Shown piece after piece: positions 40,604-49,677 of a DNA stretch of 49,677 nt (positions within the stretch are counted from its first letter, which is position 1; every line of letters starts with the position of its first letter). The notes under the pieces are model-generated. The model saw only the letters and a program-made list of their open reading frames with translations, made no database searches and was not told the DNA's origin. The translations under genes were made by a program, and so were the position numbers. The DNA comes from Promethearchaeota archaeon. Lineage in GTDB: Archaea; Asgardarchaeota; Lokiarchaeia; Sigyniarchaeales; SOKP01. The stretch lies in NCBI GenBank assembly GCA_048939015.1, contig JBHLPW010000042.1:1-49677 (forward strand). The letters run 5' to 3'.

Positions 40604-40892
40604 ATCATCCTGAGAAATAATTATAACACCTCTTTCTTATCTCCTATTTCATTATTATAAAAACTCAAAAGTTGATAATTGCATTTATTGACAATTTTCT
40701 ATGAATTCTTACAAAAATCTTATAATAGCAATAATATTTAAGCTTTTTTTTTATGGTTTTTTTGAATATATGAAATATAACTGCATATTTATCATGAAAT
40801 AAAACAGATATTAAATGAAAAAAAAAAATTGATTAAAAATTGATCTATCATTAATTATTTCTATAGCAATTCCTTGAGAGCTTAGTTTAAAG

Positions 40893-41441
40893 CTAGATTA
40901 AACTCTTGTAATGATTATGTAATACTCTAATGATTTTCTGGAACGCCTCAGTTACTCCTTGGCCAGTTTTCGCAGAAGTTCGATAAACCCCTATTAAATT
41001 ATTTTCCTTAACCAATTTCTGGATCTCTGAATCATTTATATTAATTTCATCAATTAAATCAACTTTATTTGCGAAAATAATAACAGGGATTTCTCCGCAA
41101 TGTTTTTTTATATCTTCATGCCAATCTTTCAAGTGACTAAAGCTTTTTGTTCCCCGATTATTTTCTTCAAGAGAATAGACAAGGATAGCCGCTTTACTAT
41201 CCATATAAAATTGAGACCGTAAAAATTTGAATTCTTTTTCGCCTGCTATGTCCCAGATAAATAAATTACATTTATCTCCATCTATCTCTTCATTATAATT
41301 AGAGAATTGAGCTCCAATCGTAGAAATATAATCATCTTCAAATGATCCTTGAGTATATTGTTTAATTAATGATGTTTTTCCAACAGCACTATCTCCTACT
41401 ACTGTAATTTTAAAGACGAATTTTAGTTGTCTACCTTTCAT
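40893..41441 (-). CDS. Rab-like small GTPase
   Basis: G1 GDSAVGKTS, G2 YISTIG, G3 WDIAGE, G4 NKVD, G5 TSAK. Confidence 0.93.
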   Translation of the reverse strand: MKGRQLKFVFKITVVGDSAVGKTSLIKQYTQGSFEDDYISTIGAQFSNYNEEIDGDKCNLFIWDIAGEKEFKFLRSQFYMDSKAAILVYSLEENNRGTKSFSHLKDWHEDIKKHCGEIPVIIFANKVDLIDEININDSEIQKLVKENNLIGVYRTSAKTGQGVTEAFQKIIRVLHNHYKSLI

Positions 41442-41498
41442 TATGATAAATCCTACCTTTTTTTATTTTACAAAATTAATTTATTCCAATTTCTTAAA

Positions 41499-41708
41499 TC
41501 ATTTACTTAATTGTTCAATTTGAAGTCTTAATTTCATATTTTCAGACTGGCATTGATTCAATTGATCCTGCAACTTTTGAATTTTGTTTACTGTCTTATT
41601 TGCATTTATTAAAGTATGATATAATTGACTTTTAACCTTCTTTAAGTCTTTTTCTAAATTCATAACATATTGATCTTTATCAGATACATAAGGCCATTCT
41701 TCTGCCAT
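41499..41708 (-). CDS. Small coiled-coil protein
   Basis: 69-aa ORF with heptad pattern, directly upstream of the GTPase. Confidence 0.6.
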   Translation of the reverse strand: MAEEWPYVSDKDQYVMNLEKDLKKVKSQLYHTLINANKTVNKIQKLQDQLNQCQSENMKLRLQIEQLSK

Positions 41709-41794
41709 TAAATTTCACTTCTGTAATCATAAATTAAAATAATTTTTCTAAACTATTTGATTAATCACTTAATTATATTATAAAATCATATTTT

Positions 41795-42478
41795 TTATTG
41801 AGAGACTTTTTTAGCTTCAGGTTGCAAAGTAAAATACCCCGTTGTCCCACAATTCTTACATTTTTGAGTATTATCGTCTAAAAAGACCATTGTTTTGTTG
41901 AAACAATTAGGACATATAAAGACCGCCTCTTCTTTACTCTTCTCTGGAAGATCAACTATCATTTCGATTTTAGGAACTATTGGTGTAGTGATGCAATACA
42001 TACAAAAACATCTATTTTTTGTATGCTCCAACACTTTATTTAATTCTTCCACGCTTGCATCGCTCTCAACAAAGATTTCAAGTTTATAGTCATCAACAGC
42101 AGGAACCCCATCCTCAATTCCGAATCCAGTAGTTAAATCTATATCTGCAACTATTCTGATATCAAGCTTTTTTAATTCAATTCCCGCCATAGCAGCCCAT
42201 TTAGCAAATGCAGCAGAAAAACAACCACAAAAACCTGCCATACAGTAATGAACAGGGTGTACCGCAGTTCCGCCTCCACCAAGGATAATTGTTTCATCTG
42301 TTTGTACTGTAATATCCCCTGCTCTTTCTGTCCTCATTTTTGTCTCAAATTGTGGGCCATATTCCACGTCTAGTCTCCATCTTCCCTTGACTTCTAAAGT
42401 CTTTTTACATTTGGATAAGTCTTTCTTATATTCATCTTGAACTTTTTTGAAACCTTTAAGGTCTATTCGATTTAGCAA
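41795..42478 (-). CDS. OsmC-family protein with C-terminal zinc ribbon
   Basis: TDETIILGGGGTAVHPVHYCMAGFCGC, RCFC and CPNC..CKNCG. Confidence 0.82.
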   Translation of the reverse strand: MLNRIDLKGFKKVQDEYKKDLSKCKKTLEVKGRWRLDVEYGPQFETKMRTERAGDITVQTDETIILGGGGTAVHPVHYCMAGFCGCFSAAFAKWAAMAGIELKKLDIRIVADIDLTTGFGIEDGVPAVDDYKLEIFVESDASVEELNKVLEHTKNRCFCMYCITTPIVPKIEMIVDLPEKSKEEAVFICPNCFNKTMVFLDDNTQKCKNCGTTGYFTLQPEAKKVSQ

Positions 42479-42739
42479 ATTAGTATTCCCCTAATTTCAA
42501 GTATAAATGTGTTATTTAAAATGATAAGATAATTTCCTATAAGAAACTTTAGGTTTATGTTATTTAGTAAAAAGATTTTTACTTTTCTGTAAAAATTCTT
42601 ATTTGAATTAGATATTCTATAACATAATTCATATCCAATATTAAAGGACAAAACTTTTAAGGCTTACAATAACATTCTTCTATTAAATCAATACATTAAA
42701 AAATGTTATCAAACACTTTAATTATCGACGGCGAATTTA

Positions 42740-43843
42740 ATGGATGATTTATTTATAATTAATGATGGTGGACAACTCCTATATAGTTGGCATCAAGCTA
42801 CACAAGATGAAGCTAGTGATGATGATTTACTTAGTGGATTTTTAACAGCAATGAATACTTTTGCAAGTATAGAAAGAGGAGAAGACATAAAATCATTAAA
42901 ATTAAAGGAAACTAATATAATATTTGAGAAATTCTCAGATTATTTTCAACAAATCACTTTTGTAGCAACCACAAAAAATGATGAATTGATAGAATTATTG
43001 CATTCAGTAATTCATGAAATAATGGATAAATTTACTGAAAAATTTCGAGAAATTCTTGATAGAGAATTTTCAGGCGAAGTCTCTAAATTCCGTGTATTTG
43101 ATGAAAATATAAAATTTATCATAAATTCTTACGGATTAGATTCGTTACAAGAATCCATTGATTTAATTGATAAAGGGGGTAATTTCAAATCGATTGTTTA
43201 TCTTGAACCTAAAGCTGGACATGTGTTCTATATTCATGCAAAACAATTTGTAAATAAGGATAAATTAGGGTTTCTTATTCCCTTGATTGTTAATTCTTCC
43301 CAATTTCTATATCAAACTAGTCTTAGTGAGAGATTAAATTGGATTTTATTGACCACAGTTAGAAATGAGAATATATTAGTTGAGATTAGAAATAAAATAA
43401 TAATAGTAAAACAATATCAATTACCAGATAATATAGAGAACGATTATCTATCTTTAGAATTCTTTAAGAGCAAAGATAAATATATTAAAAAACCAAAAAA
43501 AATCGTCCAAATCTTTGAGAAAATAATCTGGGATAAGAGAATTAAACAGATTTTTTTGGTAGATTTACTAGGAAAGATATTATATTCTAAAATTATGGAT
43601 GAAAAATATGATTGTACAGATTATATACCGGAAACTATAGGTGTTTTAACGTCAGCCAAGAAATTAAGTGAAGAAACGTACAATAGAGTATTATTTAACA
43701 TCTCTCTGGGAGGAGAGAAATTAACAACGATTTGTGTTAATTTTAATAATTTTGTTTTAACAATGATTGGAAAAGTTGAAGAATTACATTCTTTTCAGAC
43801 AATACAAGAGATTTGTTATAATATATTTCTTCAAGTAAAGTAA
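42740..43843 (+). CDS. Longin domain fused to two roadblock/longin-like domains
   Basis: N-terminal LFIINDGGQLLY..LLSGFLTAMNTFA..IKSLKL; later units FKSIVYLEPKAGHVFY and IKQIFLVDLLGKILY. Confidence 0.65.
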   Translation: MDDLFIINDGGQLLYSWHQATQDEASDDDLLSGFLTAMNTFASIERGEDIKSLKLKETNIIFEKFSDYFQQITFVATTKNDELIELLHSVIHEIMDKFTEKFREILDREFSGEVSKFRVFDENIKFIINSYGLDSLQESIDLIDKGGNFKSIVYLEPKAGHVFYIHAKQFVNKDKLGFLIPLIVNSSQFLYQTSLSERLNWILLTTVRNENILVEIRNKIIIVKQYQLPDNIENDYLSLEFFKSKDKYIKKPKKIVQIFEKIIWDKRIKQIFLVDLLGKILYSKIMDEKYDCTDYIPETIGVLTSAKKLSEETYNRVLFNISLGGEKLTTICVNFNNFVLTMIGKVEELHSFQTIQEICYNIFLQVK

Positions 43844-43961
43844 AAAATTCTACTTTTTATAGACATTAATTTTAAATATTGGGTTAGGATATTAGAGATT
43901 ATTCCTGCACTTATATTAGAAAATAAAAACATAAATTACTAGATTTTGGAGTAAATTTAGA

Positions 43962-45035
43962 ATGATTTTTCAATTAACATTTGATCAGATGATTTTTCTT
44001 AATCATTTCATGTTGTATATCTCTACTATTGGATTTAGTTTCGCCCTAGCGAATTGTTTCATAGGACTTTCTCATATTAAGAATCTAAGTGAATTGACTT
44101 TATTAGAAGTAAAAGCACATAAGAGATTTGGGTGGATTGGAGCCTCTTCATTTTATTTATTATCTATTCTTTGCATTTATTTTGCTGTAATCCCTAGATT
44201 AAATCCAAGTGCGTTTAGTGAGTTTTTTATTATAACAATATTCTGGCACACATTTCTAGGGGGATTAATTGCATTTACTTTATTTACTATCAAATTTATT
44301 ATTGCTAGATTTAAAAAAGACTTTATATATAAATATGGAAAAATTATAGGACCTATTGGATTTACAGGGTGGGCATTAGCTTATTTCACTAGCAATATTG
44401 ATTTCTATTTTTATGTAAATCCAACAGTTGGGCTTCCTAACCCCTATATAATGCCAAATTATTTGATTTCATTCATCCTATCACTTTTTCTTGGTTTTTG
44501 TCTTTTGTTATTTGTAAAGATGCTAAAATTTAAGAAATATGGAGAAGCAACTAAGAGACAAAATCTACATGGAGTTGCTATGATATTACATGGAATAACT
44601 TTTGGGTATGAAGGAAGTGCTAAAGAATTAGTGGGAACTCCTGTTTTATATAAATATGTCTTCCCTAAAACATATGAATTCTTAGAGAGATATTCTAAAC
44701 AAATTGGTCTTGATTTAAACGAATTAAAAAAATATAATCTAAATGAAGCTCTCGAAATTGCTATGAAAAAGTTTACTGAAATAGGAATGGCTGAAAAACT
44801 TAAATTAGATTGGATATCTGAAAATGAATTTATTGTGGAATCTGTTAATTGTTCTACTGCTGTAGTTCGTTCTTACATGAAATCAGAAGAATTAATTAAT
44901 TCAATCTGTCCATGGGGCATATTAACTGCAACAATAGTTAATGCTCTGACAGGAAAAGACATAGAAATCAAACCTAGCGAATTTAATAAAATAGGAGCAA
45001 AAAGTAGATTAAAAATTATAGAAGATAAATCATAA
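43962..45035 (+). CDS. Membrane protein (about 5 TM, His-containing) with C-terminal V4R-like domain
   Basis: TM region with AHKRFG and FWHTFLGG; C-terminal FIVESVNC..ICPWGILTATIVNALTG. Confidence 0.6.
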   Translation: MIFQLTFDQMIFLNHFMLYISTIGFSFALANCFIGLSHIKNLSELTLLEVKAHKRFGWIGASSFYLLSILCIYFAVIPRLNPSAFSEFFIITIFWHTFLGGLIAFTLFTIKFIIARFKKDFIYKYGKIIGPIGFTGWALAYFTSNIDFYFYVNPTVGLPNPYIMPNYLISFILSLFLGFCLLLFVKMLKFKKYGEATKRQNLHGVAMILHGITFGYEGSAKELVGTPVLYKYVFPKTYEFLERYSKQIGLDLNELKKYNLNEALEIAMKKFTEIGMAEKLKLDWISENEFIVESVNCSTAVVRSYMKSEELINSICPWGILTATIVNALTGKDIEIKPSEFNKIGAKSRLKIIEDKS

Positions 45036-45328
45036 TATAAGTATTAACTACTGATATTTTCCATATTCTTTTTTTTAAATTCGCTAAAATCAAGATAGGA
45101 ATTACTCTGTTTAGAGCAAGATATTTGGAAAAAATTTATTTTGAATTTGATTAAAACAATAATAATGCATTTTCTAATACTTTAACATAAAGGACTTTTT
45201 ATGTTTAAGATAAATTTTCCAAGGCTGTTCTTTTAAATAATGTATTGATGAAAATAATATAAAGAGTAAAATTCAAAAATGCAATTTAATCATTAGGTAT
45301 TTAGTATTAAATGAAAAATTGATGAATT

Positions 45329-46192
45329 ATGAGTGAGAGAGTATTTGGTGAGATTGAAGGTGTTAAAGAAGGTGATGAATTTAGAGACCGAAGAGAACTT
45401 CATGAGAGAGGTGTTCATAAACCTACTCAAGCAGGAATTTCAGGGAGTGAAAAAGAAGGGGCTGATTCAATTGTAATTTCTGGGGGGTATGAAGATGATG
45501 AGGATTATGGTGATATTATAATATACACTGGTCACGGCGGAAGAGATGAAAATACCGAGAAACAAAATAAAGATCAAGAACTCGAAAGAGGTAATTTAGC
45601 GCTTGTAAAAACATTTCAATACGAATTACCTGTGAGAGTTATTCGAGCGAAAGAAGATGGATCTGGATATGTATATTCAGGATTATACGAAGTTATAGAT
45701 TATTGGTCCCAAATAGGAAGATCTGGTTATAAAATATGGAGATATAAACTACAAAAATTACCGAGTAATATTACTTATTTAGATAAGAAACAGGATGAAA
45801 AAGCTAAGGATTTAGAAACTTTACCTAACAGAATTGAAGTATTGATAAAAAAGATAATTAGAGATTCATCAATAGTAAGAGAGATAAAGGAATTGTATAA
45901 ATTCAAATGTCAAATCTGTGGTACAATTCTGAAACTTAAAGAAGAAGGTATTTATTATGCAGAGGGTGTACACATAAAACCATTAGGAAATCCTCATAAT
46001 GGTCCTGATAAGATTAAAAATATGTTATGTTTATGTCCTAATCATCATATCTTATTTGATAATGGTGCAATATCTATAAATGATGATTTTAGCTTAAATG
46101 GATTAGAGGGGATATTATATGTGAGTCCTCGACATAATATAGATAAACAATACACAAAATATCATCGGGAGAATATTGCAGGAAAAAATTAG
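45329..46192 (+). CDS. SRA/YDG-HNH modification-dependent (type IV) restriction endonuclease
   Basis: SRA: QAGISG, SIVISGGYEDDEDYGD.IIYTG.GG, GNLAL, PVRVIR, YSGLY. HNH: CQICG..HIKPL..NMLCLCPNHH. Confidence 0.92.
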   Translation: MSERVFGEIEGVKEGDEFRDRRELHERGVHKPTQAGISGSEKEGADSIVISGGYEDDEDYGDIIIYTGHGGRDENTEKQNKDQELERGNLALVKTFQYELPVRVIRAKEDGSGYVYSGLYEVIDYWSQIGRSGYKIWRYKLQKLPSNITYLDKKQDEKAKDLETLPNRIEVLIKKIIRDSSIVREIKELYKFKCQICGTILKLKEEGIYYAEGVHIKPLGNPHNGPDKIKNMLCLCPNHHILFDNGAISINDDFSLNGLEGILYVSPRHNIDKQYTKYHRENIAGKN

Positions 46193-46309
46193 CATAATGC
46201 ATTAATTCCATAAGTTAGATTCTAAATCAATAACTAATTTCTTTGCAGTAAAGAAATTTCCTTAATAAAGAGTTAGAAAAACGATTGGCTATTTTTATTC
46301 TTAAAATAT

Positions 46310-47299
46310 TTAACCTTTGCAACCTGTCCAAAACTTTCGGACTAATTTATTTTCAATAGCAAATTTAAGATCTTCAGCTATTACTTTTCCCTTCATCTTT
46401 ACTTTTCCAAAAAATCCTTCCTTATCTAAAATTTGAAGAAGTCTCTGATTTCTATTCTCCAGTTTTTCTATTTCTATTTTATTTGGTATCATATTTGATT
46501 TGGTTGAATTACATTTCTTATGAACATAAACGAGATTCCAAAGGTTATCTTCAAAGAGATAAGACCACGGTATGACATGGTCAAGAGATAGTTCTTTATC
46601 TAATATTTCCTTATCGCAAATAAAACAACTATGGTCTATATTCTCTTTATCAAGCCATGTATGGAATTTCTTTAAGGGAGATCTAACATAATCTTTATCA
46701 TCAAGAAATTTTACTTTCTTATTGATTCTTGGGCTATAATCAAATGATTCGACGATCTGTGCCCAGCGAGAATTAATCAGTGGATAAAGAATTTCACAAT
46801 TTTCTTTTAATATTTTAAGATATCTTTTTTTAATTAACAAATAGTCACTATTTTTCTGATAATCATACATCCATTTCAGATTTTCTCCTCTTAATTCGAG
46901 AAATCTATAACTAACATCCTTCTTTAAAATTGGAACAATTTCACTAATTACTCTGTAAATATCGTTTTCAATTGCTAAATGTACTTTCTTTTTCTCATAG
47001 CGAATTGGCTGATTAGATTTTGTTGATTCAATATATGTATTTATTAATTCTTCAGTGATATTAACAATCGTTGGTTTAACAGGTCCCTGTTTAAGATTAA
47101 AATAGAAACTATGATTCCAATAATAATTTAAAAATCTTTCAGCAATTTTTTTTAACTCAATTTTGATTAGGTCATCATCCTCATCCAAATCATTTACGTC
47201 GGAAGAGATATCAACAAGTGCTCTTGCCCAGGCCATTTTATAAGTATTTGTTATATTTGATCTTAAAATTAACTTATAAAAGCTCTTAAAGAAATTCAT
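46310..47299 (-). CDS. HNH endonuclease with large N-terminal domain
   Basis: CFIC..SLDHVIPWS..NLWNLV..CNSTKSN; N-terminal TNTYKMAWARAL. Confidence 0.88.
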   Translation of the reverse strand: MNFFKSFYKLILRSNITNTYKMAWARALVDISSDVNDLDEDDDLIKIELKKIAERFLNYYWNHSFYFNLKQGPVKPTIVNITEELINTYIESTKSNQPIRYEKKKVHLAIENDIYRVISEIVPILKKDVSYRFLELRGENLKWMYDYQKNSDYLLIKKRYLKILKENCEILYPLINSRWAQIVESFDYSPRINKKVKFLDDKDYVRSPLKKFHTWLDKENIDHSCFICDKEILDKELSLDHVIPWSYLFEDNLWNLVYVHKKCNSTKSNMIPNKIEIEKLENRNQRLLQILDKEGFFGKVKMKGKVIAEDLKFAIENKLVRKFWTGCKG

Positions 47300-47332
47300 A
47301 AATGCTTCTTACTTTTATCCACTTTAATGAAT

Positions 47333-49246
47333 TTATTCAACTAAATATTTTTTTAAAAAATACAAAAATCGATAATTAGTTTGCATTACTTCTTTTTTTC
47401 TATTTTCGATGTATTCAAGTTCGATTGGTTGTTTTCCAGATTCTAATCTAACTTTATATATGTATGTTCCATCTTCAAGTTGTACTCTCAATTCTTTCTT
47501 AGTTTGTGCAATAATCAATAAAAGACAAGTTTTAAGGATTCCACTATTATCCTCAATAGATACAGATTTGATGCGAAAAAAGTCTGCCTTTGGTCTAATC
47601 CATCTTAAAATTTTTTCAGTACAATCATTGATTTTTGTTTCTTCATCTTCTACTCCAATAATTTTTCTCGGTATTTCATTTGTAATTCCAATTATAATAA
47701 CACCACCATTTGCATTTGCAAACGCAACAACATTTTCACAAAATTCAATTTGTTTTTTCTTTTTAAGGCTAAAATCAGCCTTCCACATATCTAATGTCTG
47801 TTTAAAATCCCAAAACCTAGATTCTACTTGATCATCTTCTTTCGCTGTATTAATAAATTTTTTCCAGAATGTATTATCTTCAATTATAAGTAGTTCTTCT
47901 TCTCGTTCTGTAAAACTAAATTTTAAATTTTTTATAAGATCGGGAAACAAATCTTTGGGAACATAATATACATCTGTTTTATCATCTACTTTTTCAATTG
48001 AAAAAACAGCACACTGATTTTCATCATCATATAGAAATTTATTTGAATGGGTTGTAATAAACACTTGATTGTCTCTGGAAAATTCTAAGATCATATCTCT
48101 AATTTTTGCTTGAAGTCCAGGATATAAAAACAATTCAGGTTCTTCAATTAATAAGATTTTATCCCTATTTAATAACTTCATACTAGCAATAAAAAGAGCA
48201 ATGTTTAATATTCCTGAACCCATATTTTCCAATGTAAATTTCATTGTAACCCCTTTTTCTTTCAAAATTAGAACAGTCATATCGTTATTGTCTACAATTT
48301 GAGTAATTTCATCAGCGTTAGTAAAAAAATGCTTCAGTTGTTTATTAAAGTCATCTAACCACGGTTTTTTATCAGTTACAAGCAATTTATGTATATATTT
48401 TACGAAAGTATAGCCTGTGAAATCAAATTCAGTCTCTAAAACATTTGAGGTCGAAGCATCCTTTCCGAATCTCCGCTTGTCGGGAATAATGACTATTGAT
48501 TTAAAGAATGATCTTAAGTAATCTTTAATTATTATAGCTAAAACTGGATTTAGCTTTTGTTCTAATTCAATATAATCCCTTTTGAAGAATTCTTGTAAGG
48601 AATAATTTACAACAATCCCTTCTTCTTTAAAATTGGTATGCGTAAAAAAATTTTTAAAATTGTCTAACATCCCCGCTAAATTCGTTAATGTTTGAACAAA
48701 ACCTTTATAATTATTTTTTTCATCAATTTCTAATTTAAGTAGTGGTTGAGAAACATTCCACTTTCCACTGATTATTTCGATCTTGCTTACAATAATACGT
48801 TTATTAAAGAAACTAATCTTAATTTTAAGAAAATTAATAAATTCTTGATTAACCAACCATTTTAACGCAAATTCCTTATTATTCCAATTATCTACATGAA
48901 TATTTGGTTTAAGTTCTTTTCCTTCTGGAGTTTCCATATTGATTTTTACTTTTTTAATATAATTACCATCATAGAGAATTCGAAAAATTTTCTCTCGAAA
49001 TTCGTCGTAGAGCTCAAATGTTATTGAAATTTCAGTTACATCTTGTTCTTCATCATTAAAAATAATTGAATCTGTGAAAAGTCCTTCATGTGCGTTTAAA
49101 ACCAAAGCCTTGAATATTTTGAATAAATTTGATTTTCCAGCATTATTCTTTCCTATAAGAACATTATAATTCTTAATATCAGGGAAATTGGCTTTTTTAT
49201 AACTTAATAAATTCCTAATCTGTATCTCTTTTATTTTAAATTTCAA
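47333..49246 (-). CDS. ABC-type (AAA_15/AAA_21, OLD/PtuA-like) ATPase fused to a C-terminal Schlafen/AlbA_2 domain
   Basis: Walker A GKNNAGKS, signature MGSG, Walker B LLIEEPE, H-loop ITTHS; then ESRFWDFK..VVAFANANGGVIIIGI. Likely TTG start at 49246 behind GGTGA (the ORF is open to 49273). Confidence 0.88.
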   Translation of the reverse strand: MKFKIKEIQIRNLLSYKKANFPDIKNYNVLIGKNNAGKSNLFKIFKALVLNAHEGLFTDSIIFNDEEQDVTEISITFELYDEFREKIFRILYDGNYIKKVKINMETPEGKELKPNIHVDNWNNKEFALKWLVNQEFINFLKIKISFFNKRIIVSKIEIISGKWNVSQPLLKLEIDEKNNYKGFVQTLTNLAGMLDNFKNFFTHTNFKEEGIVVNYSLQEFFKRDYIELEQKLNPVLAIIIKDYLRSFFKSIVIIPDKRRFGKDASTSNVLETEFDFTGYTFVKYIHKLLVTDKKPWLDDFNKQLKHFFTNADEITQIVDNNDMTVLILKEKGVTMKFTLENMGSGILNIALFIASMKLLNRDKILLIEEPELFLYPGLQAKIRDMILEFSRDNQVFITTHSNKFLYDDENQCAVFSIEKVDDKTDVYYVPKDLFPDLIKNLKFSFTEREEELLIIEDNTFWKKFINTAKEDDQVESRFWDFKQTLDMWKADFSLKKKKQIEFCENVVAFANANGGVIIIGITNEIPRKIIGVEDEETKINDCTEKILRWIRPKADFFRIKSVSIEDNSGILKTCLLLIIAQTKKELRVQLEDGTYIYKVRLESGKQPIELEYIENRKKEVMQTNYRFLYFLKKYLVE

Positions 49247-49677
49247 AGTATCACCATCATCAATGATAAACAAAATGCAATTGACTAATAAAAGAAAAAT
49301 TTTCCTTAAATACTAGATGGGTATTTAGGATTTTGGGCTTCTTTTAAAGATCTATAAAGGAATTGGGTTTTTAAATTTTTAGATTAGAAATATTATTATT
49401 CAGCAATTTTTAAAGAATTTTATGCAATGAAATCAAATTCTAATTTTATAAAAAAATATCAGGCACATAGAATTTCTTGGAATTATACTCTTATATCAAC
49501 AGCTTTAGAATTTACTTTACCCTAAATGGAATTTTATAAGGAATCATTAATATATTGTATTTAATAATTCTTAAAATCCCAGCTTTTCACCTATTAACAA
49601 CAAAGTTATTGAAAAATCTTATAGATTTATAAAAACAAAATTATGATAAATATTGAGAAACTAAAATACTCTTTTCT

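Noticed and set aside
788-47831. Short antisense or overlapping ORFs in the track (e.g. 788-1048, 3395-3622, 4193-4516, 24370-24657, 34076-34444, 34688-35116, 47409-47831)
   Set aside because: Shadow frames of well-supported genes, with no motifs.
49274-49677. Possible ncRNA, retron-like element or mobile-element end upstream of the ATPase-Schlafen gene
   Set aside because: No convincing repeats, stable hairpins, reverse transcriptase or integrase are visible; the window ends here.
1-49677. CRISPR array, rRNA, transposase or integrase
   Set aside because: None recognised by eye.

Overview
AT-rich archaeal chromosomal window, most consistent with an Asgard archaeon (Lokiarchaeia/Promethearchaeota). 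Support for this: PolB1, Alba, archaeal ACDS subunits, tetraether synthase, a BHB-intron tRNA, a Rab-like GTPase, longin/roadblock proteins and an IPGY (Loki-CTERM-like) sorting signal. Most of the window is housekeeping or metabolic: M42 and C25 peptidases, intein-containing PolB1, Tes, PncB, NMN adenylyltransferase, cdhBC/cooT and fatty-acid enzymes. Two candidate immunity loci stand out. (i) 31.9-35.7 kb holds a nuclease-less methyltransferase-TRD fusion converging on a soluble LRR-TIR protein. (ii) 45.3-49.3 kb holds an SRA-HNH nuclease converging on an operon encoding an ABC-ATPase fused to a Schlafen/AlbA_2 domain plus an HNH nuclease; this is the best candidate for an undescribed system. 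Other notable features are a tRNA-Thr(UGU) with an intron at the non-canonical 32/33 position and good internal evidence for ATT and CTG start codons. All calls come from reading motifs by eye; no searches were run.
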